From: Podarcis vaucheri
Taxonomy: Eukaryota
Reading direction: 5' to 3' (one strand)
NCBI GenBank assembly: GCA_965113315.1
Contig: OZ220373.1
Length of the DNA stretch: 64,000 nucleotides
Shown here: positions 25,220-37,983 of the stretch, one piece after another
How positions within the stretch are numbered: position 1 is the first letter of the stretch
Layout of the letters: each line of letters begins with the position of its first letter
The notes under the pieces: generated by a model
Told to the model about the DNA's origin: nothing
The model's input: only the letters and a program-made list of their open reading frames with translations
The model's database searches: none
Translations under genes and position numbers: made by a program

Positions 25220-28200
25220 TAATTTAAAACATTATTTCACTTTATTTCAGTGATTTCTTTTTTAGTACCAAATTGCTTCTTGAAAAAAATGGGGTGGGGA
25301 AGAAGAGAAGCCCAGAAAAACTACGTCCTCTTCTAAGCATAGAACGGTATGCATATGGTTCATAAATGTGCTTTACTACACCAAAGGAATAGGAACGTAG
25401 GTTAATTTAATAAAAAATAAAATATGGAATAACATTGATTTTGGCCAATATCAATTACAACAGTACTACCCTATTTTACAAATAACAACTGGACATTTTA
25501 CACATGTACAGTATTCCTCAGTAAAAATGTATCTGGATTTAACAATGTGTCAGTATTTAAAAAATTAAATTCTTTTCTATAGTTGTGTTAGAAGCATTTG
25601 TAAGTATCCAAATAAATTCTTTACAATTCAATACATTATATCACAATTAGGAATATATATATAATATTTATTTATTTATATAATATATATACCATTAACT
25701 TAAACTTTGAAAGCATTATTTTCTTGTTAATAATGTTATGTAGAAAAACAAAGCATTCCAGACAGTACTAGCAGTTAAATTAGTACCAACAGAGTTGTGA
25801 TAGTTTCAAATTTTTTAGTAAGCAGATAGATGCCAATGGAACTAAACATATCAAGCTGACTGTGGTTTCCTAGAAGACACAGTCACCAGCCCCGGCCCAC
25901 CATCTTCAAGTCAAACTTAATTTCTGTTGAAATAAGCTTGACAAATTATCTGTGATTGACTTAAGCTCCATTGATTTCAGTGGGACTTAATCATAAATAA
26001 CTCAGCTGCATCAGTGACATGAAGTCTGATGTTTTCCCATTTTCACCACTTTAAAGCCAAAAATACTGTTAGCATTTCCAGTTTAAAGTAAACTGCTTTT
26101 CAGGTGCTTTGTCACAGATCATCTGCTTGTGCATTTCTTTCTATTCTAGGTATCTTCTGAATGAGTTTTAGGAAATATGTAACTTTCCTTTTGCTCCTTA
26201 CTGCAGCCAGACAAGATGCCACAGGAGGGTAACCTGAGAGCAGGGAGTGGAATGCAGTGAGTTTCTTGCTGTGTGCAAAAGGCACTTGCAACAAATACTC
26301 TTTTCCCCATTGTGTGGATCCCGGATAGTTTTTAGAAGAGCTGTACTCTTTGTCATTTGTCGCTATGCATGTTTGTTTAACAAAACCTATATACCACTTG
26401 ATGGTAATAAAACCTGTAAGTGGTTATGATTATTTTATAACAATAAAATTTTCCCTAACTCAGAGAGTTGTCTCTAGAACATAAATGAAAGGAACTAACA
26501 CTAACTGGCCTATTGACACCATCTTGGGCACTTTTGCATACTTAATCCACTGCCATTCTGCATGTCTATTAATGAGTTTAAATTTATAATAATAACTATT
26601 AAATTGATAGTGACAGTATATATTCAAACCCTGAGGCCTAAAGTGACAAATCGTACAATTTTAATCTTAAAAGTGAGTTCTTTTGAACAATATATTTGGT
26701 GGTGATCTAGAGGGAGTTATCTTTTGAATAATTCAGCTTTTCTGTTAAAAGAGGGCTTTGTTGTTTCTACAAACTGGCACAACCATTTGTAATGTTTAGG
26801 GGCTATAATGGTGCTTTCAGAAATCTGGAAAGTTCTGTTTTATTTCATGATAAACTAAACCTATTTTAGATTTGATATACACAGTGAAACAAATTATTTT
26901 GAAGGAGGAAATTTGGGTCCCCATTTTTATCTCAAATAATCTATCGTAATAATGTTTTTATCTCAAATAATCTATCATACATTTATTTTCCCATGTAGGA
27001 ATGTATGAACTGTACTTAAATGCTATTTCTAGATTGCCTAGAAAATACAATATATATAGTTTTAAGGGGGGTTTTGCAGGTGAGATTTTCTCTACTTATT
27101 ATACGATAGCAGAATATGAATAGCACCAGGCCTAGAAATATAAGTTAACTATTATTGCACAAGTACCATATTGGTCCACTCTTTCATGTTCCATTGATGA
27201 TGTATGAACATCAATAGTTAAATTTGGTTCAGTGTATTTCAGTTATAGGCACCAATCATGCAAACATTTTGTAGAAGTTTCATTGCAAGATAGATCTCAA
27301 CACCAATCCCTATACACCATCTCCACAATCCAGAGAATGTAATCAGTGGGCAGAAAACAGCCTACTGTGTATGTATAAGGTTTAGAATGTATTAAAACTC
27401 ATGCACAAGCCATTGTATATGTACCTCCAGAAGGGCAGGCACATGGCAATGCATACATTGTAATAGTAGGGAGGTAACTTTCACTTTCATGGAGAAGGCA
27501 GTTCTAGCTGCATAAAAGGATGCAGGAGTTGGGATGCTCTAACCAGTCAAGGGAATGGAGAAATCCATGTATACATCACAGCTCACATAAATGCAAAGGG
27601 TTTCTGGATTTGTGTGCTGGTCATCTGAGTAGTGCCCCATGTCTAAAAGAGTGGATCCATATTATTATTCATGATTATTGGTGCATTCCAGTTTCAAGTA
27701 TGAAAACTACATTTTTTAAAAAAATCAAAACCTTAACAGGACTCTGCACCTTTCAGAGTTTATTCACAGCAGGAAGAAAGCCCTGAATGTTTAAGAACTT
27801 TGCACCTTTAAAAATATAATAAAACTATGACAAAAATGTCAGCTTTCAAAATATACCAGTTAACATGGCTACACCTTAAAATGTTTTTGGCAAAATGTAA
27901 CAAATGCAGTATAATTAAAACAAACAACACACAATATAGGATACGACTAGAAACCATAGGCAGATGTGTTAGAGTCTTCTAATATTGCAGTGGATGTTGA
28001 GCATAGCTCTGATTTGAAGGTTGTTTCTAATTCTCTTAAGGATTGCTTAATTGCCTAACATTCTTCCACATTCTGAGTATATAAGCACAAAAAAGACTAA
28101 TGCAAACATGTTTTTTGTTCTGTTTTAATCCTTGTAAACTTGTGTTGTATTCTTGAAACACTCTACACATCTTGAAGGGGAAACAACCAGGAAAAAGGAA

Positions 28201-28511
28201 ATGAGAATGTGAAAAAAATATGCAGGAATATCCTTAAGTTGATAGGAAATCAATTTTTTAATTTTGGCATCAAATGCTTTGGTCATACCATACTGACACT
28301 GTGATCCAGGATGCTTTGTTCTAAACACCCGGTTAAGAAAGGTAGGCTTGTTGTAGTTTTCTATTTTAAGTTCCAACATACAGTTCACTCTCTCCCCAAA
28401 GGGGAGATAGAGAAAGAGAGAGAGAAAGGTGGTTTGCTTTTTTTTTCATTTTTAATAATATGGATTAATCTATAAGTCTACAGGAGCAAGAGAACTTGGA
28501 GAGGTGCCAAT
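25220..28511 (-). other. PCSK5: Probable PC5A 3'UTR (3' end uncertain)
   Basis: AT-rich stretch after the PC5A stop with no recognisable young TE. Minus-strand AATAAA candidates at 26982-26987, 26839-26844 and 25241-25246. Confidence 0.55.
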
Positions 28512-28627
28512 TCAGCCTTTTAGTGTACATGTTCTGCAGCAAAGTTGCTGAAGTACTTTTCGTTGACAAAGATTGTTCTTTTTCACTAGCATACAGAAGC
28601 CTCCTTCGGCCCAAGATTCTTCCGTTG
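28512..28627 (-). CDS. PCSK5: PCSK5 isoform A (soluble PC5A) terminal coding exon, PLAC-type tail
   Basis: (A)TEESWAEGGFCMLVKKNNLCQRKVLQQLCCRTCTLKG* with TGA at 28512-28514. Near-identical to the mammalian PC5A C-terminus as recalled. The summed exon lengths end in frame at this stop. Confidence 0.96.
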
Positions 28628-29881
28628 CTTCCAGAGGTCAAAGAGAGTGAAGAGAAGTTGGAGTTTTAAACAGCATGGTATCAAGTGAAGGAAGATTTAA
28701 TTTGTCAGACAGGCAAATTTGATGAAAGAGACCATTCAGGAGCAGGTAGCAGGTAACAAATAGGAAATTGTGTTTTCACCAAAGGGAGTTTCAGTCACGA
28801 CAGCATTTGTTTTCAGGAAGAAATATTGTGTTCCAGGAAGGAGTGATTTGTATCCATTCATGAAAGGGGGGGGGGGGAGACCAGAAAGAAAAATATTAGA
28901 AAACAGTGAAAAATACAGTGGAAGGTATTTATTGAGTATTATGAATACTGTTGAATAAACAACCACATCCCAAGAATATTTACATAATTTAAAATTGTAC
29001 TGAATAGTGGGTGGTATTCAACCAAGTTTCATTTAGTTCATTAAGTTTAATTTAGACTGGACCTAACTTAATCATGCTCTTTAATTTCAACTGGCCTACC
29101 CTGAGTAAAGCTTAGTTGAATATCACCCATTAATCCTGTTCCTAAACCTTTCTACTCCAAAAATAAGCGTTTATGGTTAGGAAACAACCAGTGACAATCA
29201 AAAGCTTTTATGGGCCTGTTCACTTGTTACTTTCTGGAGAAATCTTAATCTGGTCTGGGCCTTAGGTGTGGTCTACAAACCCCGCCCCCTCTTACCTGCT
29301 TCCCACAATATGAGTAAAAAGTAATGAGTGAACTGTATTGTACTGGAAATGTCTCTGGAAAGAATGAATGTTTTCACTCAGGCTGTAATGGAAATCTCAT
29401 TATTAAAATAAATGCGTTGCACCTTAGTTCACTTTTTATTATCTCTCTCCAGTGCATATAGGGTTGAGATTTCTCCCTGGACAGTAAGAAGCAAACAGGA
29501 ACTATGACAGTATTTCTATGGCTGAAGTTCTTGATTTCTCTCATCTATCTGTCAAATGTTAGCTGGTGTTCTCTCGATGAAGCTTGCTCCACACTTGCAA
29601 ACTTTGGCAGAACTGGAGAATATTAAGCGCATCTCTCTAATGCTCACCCAGTTAAATTAACATTACAGTATATCAGTGCTGCTTAGTTTCAGCAGTTTTA
29701 TGCCTTGTGCATGAGTGGGGAAAAGAGTTTAGAATTTCTTGTGACAAAGTCAAAAAATGAGCTATAGAATGTGAGAAAATGCAAATCATACTTGAAAGTA
29801 ATCCATCCTTGAAAAATAAAAGGTCTTCACAGGAGTTTTGTTTTCTTAAAGCTCAGCATTAGTGGCAATCAATATGAAGTA

Positions 29882-30099
29882 CAGTGGTACCTCGGGTTAA
29901 GTACTTAATTCGTTCCAGAGGTCCGTTCTTAACCTGAAACTGTTCTTAACCTGAAGCACCACTTTAGCTAATGGAGCCTCCCGCTGCCACCGCCATGCAA
30001 TTTCTGTTCTCATCTTGAAGCAAAGTTCTTAACCTGAAGCACTATTTCTGGGTTAGCGGAGTCTGTAACCTGAATCGTATGTAACCTGAGGTACTACTG
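29882..30099. mobile_element. Tc1/mariner-type MITE
   Basis: TA|CAGTGGTACCTCGGGTTA ... TAACCTGAGGTACTACTG|TA. Closely similar copy at 59357-59581. Confidence 0.92.
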
Positions 30100-31465
30100 T
30101 ATGTAGAACAGAAACCTACTTTCAGTAATGCTTCCATGTGTTGTTACGGAGGTTGCAAGCTGTCTATTGCAGGTGGCTGGCACAACTTGAAGTCAAAATA
30201 CTTTGCACAAAAAAGGTTCACAAGCTAAAGCCTAGTTTCATTTACATAGTTAGTATTTATATTCTGCTCTTCCAGAAGAGCTTATAAAAATATGGAAACA
30301 TTAATATGGAAATTCATGAGCATGACTAAGAGCTTTTTAAAACCAAACACAACACTGACATTCATGGCGAGTTCTGGCACCTACTTTTCTAGAAAAACAG
30401 CACTGACCAAATCTCAGTTTATCAGTAATTTTTAGAGTGGTGTATGTTTGTTCTATTCACATCATTCACAAATGACCCATTTAGACTGTCTAAATATGCT
30501 AATTATATCCAAATAGAGGGTATCTGCATTGATGCACTGTAAGCTTCCTCACTGATCCTAGCAAAAAAGATTAAAATTAGCTGAACAATAGTTTTAACAT
30601 TGATCCCAGGAACTGGAGAAAAAGGATGACTCTTGAGTAAAGTGTGAAGTGGCTCTAAGAGCATCTAGGGAAGGGGAAGGCAGAATGTGAGGTAGAATCT
30701 GGAAAGGTGAAATTTTCAGTTTGGAGGAAATTGTCACTGGATACAAATCATGAAATGGGAGAAAACACTTGGGAAGGGGAGTGGAGTCATCAGAGCTAGA
30801 AGGGAAAGTTGCCAGCAGGAGTCCCACAGCCCCACAGTGGAGGATAAGGGGATGTTGGTAAGACACAAAAGCAGCTGGTTCACAGAAACGGGGAACAAGA
30901 AGCAGGTGATTGTGGGTGAAAGGCTTGGGGATCTGAAGACAAGGGGCAATCCACACACGAGCCACCATTAAAATATGTTATTCTGTCATGCCAATCAGCT
31001 GAGGCTTCCTTAGTAATCTAGGAAATCTAGTACTCTGGCACTGTTTGTCAAACGGCTTTAGAGTTCCCATGGAGCTTTTCTCCCCTAATCAAAAGGAATA
31101 GCAAAACTGCGGTGAACTTAACAGAATCCACAGGAATGGGCTGCTCCATTGTGCAACTTTGTTCCAACACACTTTACTTTGAATGCTGATAAAGTCAACT
31201 AGAATGGACATAGTTTACAGGAACCAGTACTTTTCCTACTATTATAAGCTTAGTCTTCAGTAAACATTTGATTAAGATTTCTGGGTTGTGCATCACAGCA
31301 TAGTCTAAAAAGTGTGAAATATGTGAAAGGAGGCACAATTTGCTTGCTTTTCTCAGATGGCTTGTTTTTGTCTTATACACTATCTTTGCACAAGGGATTG
31401 AGGCCTTGAAGAAAGTAGCACAGGGAGTTGACGGAATAAGGATACCCATTTAGCAAAAAGTAATA

Positions 31466-32909
31466 CCGTATTTTTCGCACCATAGGACGCACTTTTTCCC
31501 TCCTAAAAAGCAAGGGAAAATGTGTGTGCGTCCTATGGAGCGAATGCAGGGGGGAGGCAGGCGGGAAAAGCCCTCAAGAGCCGCACACAAGCTTCCTGCG
31601 CTCTTGCGGGCTTTTCTCTAGGAGGGAGAAGGGACTGACTGGCTGCAGCAGTCCCTTCTCCCTTCTGGGAGAAAAGCCCCCAAGAGCGGCACCCTCTTTA
31701 AAGGCTGCGCGGCTCCTGCGGGCTTTTCTACGAGGTGGGGGAATCCCCCCACCTCCCAGAAAAGCCAGGAGAAGCCGCACAGCCCCTTTAAAGAGCGCGC
31801 GGCTTCTGCAGGAGGTGGGGGAAGCTGCAGCGGATTCCCTCCTCCCGGGCTCCCTTTGAAGCGGCAATGTGGGAGGGGAGCAGCTTACACTCGTGTAAGC
31901 AGCTCCTCTCCCACTTTCCTCCTTCAAAGCAACCACGGAGGAGGGAAAGAGGGGACCCATGGATCCTCTTCGCTGCTGGAGGTTGCAGCAGATTCCCTCC
32001 TCCCGGGCTCCCTTTGAAGCGGCAATGTGGGAGGGGAGCAGCTTACACTCGTGTAAGCAGCTCCTCTCCCACTTTCCTCCTTCAAAGCAACTACGGAGGA
32101 AAGAAGGAAGGGGACCATGGATCCTCTTCGCTGCTCGAGGCTGCAGCAGATTCCTCCTCCTTGATTGCTGGGAGTTTCTCTGGGCAGGAATTCCCTCAGC
32201 TTAAGTGGGGTGGGGGAAGTGTGGCAGGTAGGGGGGTACTGAGAGACACATGTCTCTCAGATGAAAATTGGGAGTGGGCATTGTGTGAAGTGGCTGTGGA
32301 TCTCCTGCCAAGAACTGTAGGACTGTATAGAGTTGGGAGGGCCACCCAAGGGTCATCTAGCCCAGCCCCCTCACAATGTAGGAATCACAGCTAAAGAACG
32401 CCAGGCAGATGGTCCCCCAACCGCTGCTTAAAAGCCTCCAGTGGTGGAGACCCCAAACACCTTCCGAGGTCATAGAATTGCAGGGTTGGAAGGGAACCCC
32501 AGGAGTCATCTAGTCCAGCCCCGGTGGACAGCGGGCGCAATCCATCCCATTGCGCAAGACTAAAGATGCTGCGCAAGGCTAAAGAAGAAGCCAAGGCAGT
32601 GAGCGGGATGGATCGCGCTTGCTGCCTTGTCTTCTTTAGCTGCACTGGAGAGGTTTAGCTCCTGGCTGGAGAGGTTGCGCGGCTATGGATCCCGCACGCT
32701 GTCTTGGCTTCTTTGCTCTTTGGGGCTGGTGGGGGAACCCGGGCTTCCCCTGCAGCCCCGTGAAGCTCTGGGAGAAGTGGACAGGCTGCATGCAGCCTGT
32801 CCGTTGCTCTTTGGGGCTGGGGGGGGATAATATTTTTTTCCTTCATTTCCCCCTCTAAAAACTAGGTGCGTCCTGTGGTCCGGTGCGTCCAATAGAGCGA
32901 AAAATACGG
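31466..32909. mobile_element. Long composite Tigger-like MITE (same TIR family as 19000-19471)
   Basis: TA|CCGTATTTTTCGC ... GCGAAAAATACGG|TA. Internal 158-bp tandem repeat, hairpins and CR1 3' ends. Confidence 0.9.
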
Positions 32910-34081
32910 TATTTTTAATAGTATGCAAAATTCTATCCTCTAGCCCTTGTTGTCTTCTGAAATCTGTCCTTCAATTTTTAGACTAGTGCAGAAATATATA
33001 CTGGAATTTGGATGGACCCTCACAATCAAATATATATAGTTGTCCAGCATTATCCCCGCTAAGATCTCCAAATGTGTTTTGAGGAGCACATTTGTATTTT
33101 GGGGGAAAAACATTTCACTCAATGAATGATAGTTTACTCATAAACAGTCTTTGGGTAAAAAACACATTCTTAAATTAAAATCGATAATAAAGGGATAGTA
33201 GGCACTATGTAGATGATGACACTCAGAAATGTCAGTAGTCACATTATCATAACTTATTTTTCTACTATATTGCAGTAAAAATAGACACGGGGCACCTATA
33301 ATTTAATGGATGAATATATAGAAAAATGTACAAAATATTTGTACAATAGTATTTGACCAGAGTGTGGTTTATTAATTAGAGGAAATGTGCATTTCTCAGA
33401 AAATATATCAGTCCCAGCAGTCCCCATTTCCCATTTGTTACCCCCTTATATAGCTCCCTTTAAGACTCCAAAAATTAAAAAAATAACATTCAGCCTCTCC
33501 CATATGTACATTTACTACTTTATGGAATGTTGTTCATGGATTCTGCTTCTTGTTTTGTGAATCATGGCATTTACAGAGATAAATAAAAATAGATTATTAC
33601 TTTAGGATACAATCCTGTAGTTCCAGGGACAATAAGAGTAGATCCCATTGGAATGAATGGAAGGGGAAATGAGGGAGGCACCCAAAAAACAAGGGGAGAG
33701 CTTTGGTGATTCTTCTGCCTTAGATTCTCCCTCTTCCACTCTGTAGAATCGTTGTTTCAGTGGAAGGGCAAGGCAAACAACAACAAAGTGTGTGTGATGT
33801 GGTTTCACTTTTTTTGCTGGCTGGTGTGAGCCCAGCAAGGCTCAGTTCCTCTGCTGCAGAATATCCCTACCACCCAGACTGCTTTTAGTTTATAATATTG
33901 CTAAATATTTGTAAACAGCTGCCAAAGTTATGGATGTTACAAATGGAAAAAAATAAATAGTAGCACATGCATTCTATTCTTGTGAATTGAAAACCATAAT
34001 TAATTGAGTCTACTACGGCTATGTAATATGAAACAGATGTGAAGAATCTGGAAAAAGACAGAAACAGGTAAAAATACTTAC

Positions 34082-34197
34082 CATCTTTACAGACTAGACC
34101 AACTGTGCAGAGACCTGTTTCTAAGATATAGCCATTTGGACAACTTGTACAGTTTTTCTCTCCAGGACCACTGCACCCAAAACAGCTGGCATCACAT
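34082..34197 (-). CDS. PCSK5: PCSK5 exon (~20), last exon shared by PC5A and PC5B
   Basis: CDASCFGCSGPGEKNCTSCPNGYILETGLCTVGLVCKD. Bounded by ttaag/ and /gtaagt, 116 nt, ends phase 1. Confidence 0.96.
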
Positions 34198-34995
34198 CTT
34201 AATGAAAAGACAGTAAGTTAAATATATGGTTAATCACATTGTCTCAGTATCAAAAACTGTTTGATTCCTTCATTTCATATCAAGAGGTGCTGAAGCTAAG
34301 CACAGAAAGTGGAATATGTCACCAAGATGACAAATAAATAGCATTTGTATATAGGTGAAAGAACCCCAAGGCACTTTAAAAGTGGAAAGGAGTCTCATGG
34401 GCCCGTTGCAAGACAATAGGATGGAATAAAATAATAAGCATTTATATAGCTCTTGTGGATGTTCAAAACACTTTATATACATTATCTTGTGAAACAATCG
34501 TGAAAGAAAGAAGACGGAAAATGGTGAGTGGGTAGAAGAGAGATAAATAGTTGGGAAATTCTTCTCCAAAGGAGAATAGCATAAGACTGCTGAGCACTGG
34601 AGCCAGATGAGTAAGTTTCCTGAAGTCTAGTAATTTACTACATCACCCTATAGTGCTGACTGCTGAAGTCTCCTTTGGTGAAAAGCTAGCATTAATTTGG
34701 CTATGGAGAAAAAAAAGTCTCCATTTCTTCCAAAGCACTGCCAGCTCTTTTTTTCTATCCCTGGACATGAATGTGATGCATAAAACTTATCTTCTGGCAC
34801 ATAATAAAATCTTACAAATACAAGAATTACACAAAGAGCTCACAAGAAAAGCAAGTATTAAATTTATGTCTGAAGGTTTTGCTTGATTGTCATACTTCAC
34901 TAAATAATAGTATCATATGCCAGAACTATATTCTGCAATTAGTTATGGTTTACATATTAAATAGATGCATTTGGTTTTTGAGGAATACTTTTTAC

Positions 34996-35125
34996 CTTTT
35001 GCAAGTTTTGTATCCATTTTCTAGCGAGTGATCAAAGTAGTAGCCATTGTTACAAGCCAGCACACATCTTCCATTCTCCATAAGATACTCTTCGGTGCAG
35101 TTTATGCAAGCGTCTGCTCCTGGAC
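34996..35125 (-). CDS. PCSK5: PCSK5 exon (~19), Cys-rich
   Basis: PGADACINCTEEYLMENGRCVLACNNGYYFDHSLENGYKTCK(R). Bounded by ttctgag/ and /gtaaaa, 130 nt. Confidence 0.95.
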
Positions 35126-35426
35126 CTCAGAAGTCAACAGAGCAAGGTAACATATTGACAAATTTGCAGCAGAGCATAGAGACAATGGAAGTGTATTATA
35201 CTATGCACATAGAAGTATGAATGACTACTGAAAATACATTGAATAGGATTGTGTACTTAATGAAAAGTTATTTCAAAAAGACTTAAAAAATGAAGTCAAG
35301 TATAAGTACAGAAAGGTCCTAGCACCGGAAGAAGTGCTATAGTGTAGCTAATAGCCTACAGAAAATGTCCCCCCCCCCTTTTATCGCAAAAGGGATTGAA
35401 CTTTGATGAAAAGATATCAGAGGTAC

Positions 35427-35524
35427 CTGCACAAGAAGCACAGGAATGGTGGCATGGCTCACAGTCCCTGCCATTGTAGTATTTTCCTGTTTCGCAGCGG
35501 ATGACACACCTGGATCCTTGTAAA
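35427..35524 (-). CDS. PCSK5: PCSK5 exon (~18), Cys-rich
   Basis: LQGSRCVIRCETGKYYNGRDCEPCHHSCASCA(G). Bounded by ctgtag/ and /gtacct, 98 nt. Confidence 0.96.
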
Positions 35525-36260
35525 CTACAGAGATACACAAGCAGAATTAGAAAATGCTGATTAGCATGTGGCACTTCTGTATGAATTTTTTTGGCAGTAG
35601 TTAACATATTGTTACTGTTCAAACAAATGCATCTACTCTGAGGAACACTTGTGTTCAGTACAACGCCATGAGTACAGGGTCAGTCTGGTGAAATGACTTG
35701 CTTACAGAGACTTTCTGCAAGCAAGTCTTTCTCCGCTCCCGCACTTATACCATGAATGAGTAGCATGCTAGTGCCGCACTCTGCTGAATTGTGTTCTGCT
35801 TGTCCTGGCGCCAGCAGCAACAAATTACAGGCCTTGCATTAACGTGATGTGTAAACCCAAACAAGCCATGATTGGAAATACAAGAACAAACTTTGGCTTA
35901 CCACTGAAGTTTGTTTAGAGAGAAACAAACCACAACTTTTGGTTTGCTCATTATGGGAATCAAGGCTCCTGGTTAGGAAGGGTAGAATGAAACAGGATCA
36001 AGTCAAGAGCATGTGCTAACATGCTGCTCATTCACAGGAAGCCATGATTTGAGGCCCACTTTGACATGCAAATGCAGGCACTGTATATTAAACGGACCAC
36101 AGCTTTCATCTTCCTCAGCTTTTCATTTTTTTTAATTCAGTGTTGGCCATGATTGCACATATAATGAATATTACACTTCATCAGATTGTAATGTGAAGGT
36201 TAAATAATATTATTTAACTTTCCTTGCTACCATGTTCAATACAATCTATCATTTACTTAC

Positions 36261-36345
36261 CTTAGGCCATGTCTGCATTCTGTGCAGCTTTGAAATTCAG
36301 TGCATGTCTTACAGTTTTCACTGCATTTACGGCATACAATCTTAT
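36261..36345 (-). CDS. PCSK5: PCSK5 exon (~17), Cys-rich
   Basis: KIVCRKCSENCKTCTEFQSCTECRHGL(S). Bounded by ttttcag/ and /gtaagt, 85 nt. Confidence 0.96.
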
Positions 36346-36467
36346 CTGAAAAGAAAAAGGAACACAACGAAAAGAACCCAGTTCAATTACATGCAATAAT
36401 ATATTTTGTCTCCTTGCTTATTGCTATTCCTAATGTGATACCACAAATAGGAGCTGAATAAAATATA

Positions 36468-36736
36468 CTGTATTGGCCCGAATATAAGCCACACCTGAAT
36501 ATAAGCAGCACCTTTAAAATTCAAGGGGGAAAAAGAAAAAAAAGACAATACCCGAATATAGGCAGTTCCCTTAAAATTCCGCAGGCACTCACACCCTTTC
36601 CATTTTACAAGTATGTTTGTTTCAGCAGCGATATCATAAAAGCCAGTTTTTGTAAGGTTGCAAATTTAAGCTGTACTTTTACTTTTCACGGTCAGAATTT
36701 GGGGAAAAAGTGAGGCTTATATTCAGGCCAATACAG
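36468..36736. mobile_element. Tigger-like MITE
   Basis: TA|CTGTATTGGCCCGAATATAAGCC ... GGCTTATATTCAGGCCAATACAG|TA. Confidence 0.9.
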
Positions 36737-37789
36737 TAATAATCTGTGCTGCTGAAGTACTAACATTCAAATAATTTCTATTATCTGATTATATAAATGA
36801 TTTTAATACATGGGGTCAATTCTGTAAACTTTTTCTCATTGAGTTGTAGTAAACCTTTTCAGTAATGCCAAAAGATAACAAGCTACATTTATAAAAAATA
36901 AAAAATATTAGACTTTATTTGCTGTTCTTCATAGCACATAACCACTGGGTCCTGTAGAAATAAACTTCTTGTATACATATCCATGTAATAATTTTTATTA
37001 TTATTAAAAATATGTACATGATGCTGTACAGAATTAAAGTGTAGATTGTAGACATTCATTATCACGGGGAACTTTCTTGTGTGTGTAAAAGCTCCTATTT
37101 TCTGAATAGTTGGCATCAGTGCTGCAGACATAAAGATAACCACCCTGACTGAGGAACTAAAATCAGTATGTTTTACAAAAACAATATGAAAAAGAAGAGA
37201 AACAATGGGGAAAACCAGAAATGGCAATGCCATTGTAGAACGAAATGCCCTGGGCATAAAAAGGGAGACGAACATCCCACGCATGTTTACCTAGAACTCA
37301 GTCTCACTGTGTTCAGTATGTTATTTCCACTAATATGCTAATTTTTATTCAAACTTCGTCTCAATAAATGCATATTTGTAGACATCGTTTGGTTGGAGAA
37401 TTTTGATTAGCACGAATTTTGAAAGATGGCTGTGTTTTGGTTCTCATTTTATTTCCGGAAGCGCAAGCTTTAGAAATTCACCTTTAAATATGAACTGAAA
37501 TTAATTTCTTCGTGGTCCCTGATGTCTGACTGTATTATGCCAGATTTCCTTTATATTAGGATTGTTGTTGTTTTTTATTGCTGTTATCTGTTTTTATGTG
37601 TTTATTTTTATGTGTTTATTCAGTGGTATTTTTAGAATTCTGATATGCGCCTTGAGAGTTCAAACTGAAATGGAAAGGCAGTATGTAGTGGTTTAATAAA
37701 TATCATCAGCCTGAATATGCATTAATGGCAACTTGAAGTTTTCCAATTACTTCCAATATTATAACAGGGTTTTGTTTTTAAATACTTAC

Positions 37790-37983
37790 TATTATCCAGG
37801 TAAAACCCATCTGGGCAGCTGGTAACACAATTCCTGGACTCTTCATTGATATAGTAACCAGGTTTACAGGTATTACATTGATCACTGTGGCTTCCAAAAC
37901 ATGTTTCACAGTTGGGTGAGCACTTTTTACAGCGTTTCTTGTCGGCGCTGTAGTGACCAGGAGGACAGTTGGGAACACAGATT
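37790..37983 (-). CDS. PCSK5: PCSK5 exon (~16), Cys-rich
   Basis: ICVPNCPPGHYSADKKRCKKCSPNCETCFGSHSDQCNTCKPGYYINEESRNCVTSCPDGFYLDN. Bounded by tgaag/ and /gtaagt, 194 nt. Confidence 0.95.

Noticed and set aside
30594-30968. 124-aa ORF, possibly an old L2 endonuclease remnant
   Set aside because: Too degenerate to call without a profile search, and not a host exon.
31524-32394. GC-rich ORFs of 111-175 aa with repeated peptides
   Set aside because: They lie inside a MITE with tandem repeats and show no domain or splice support.
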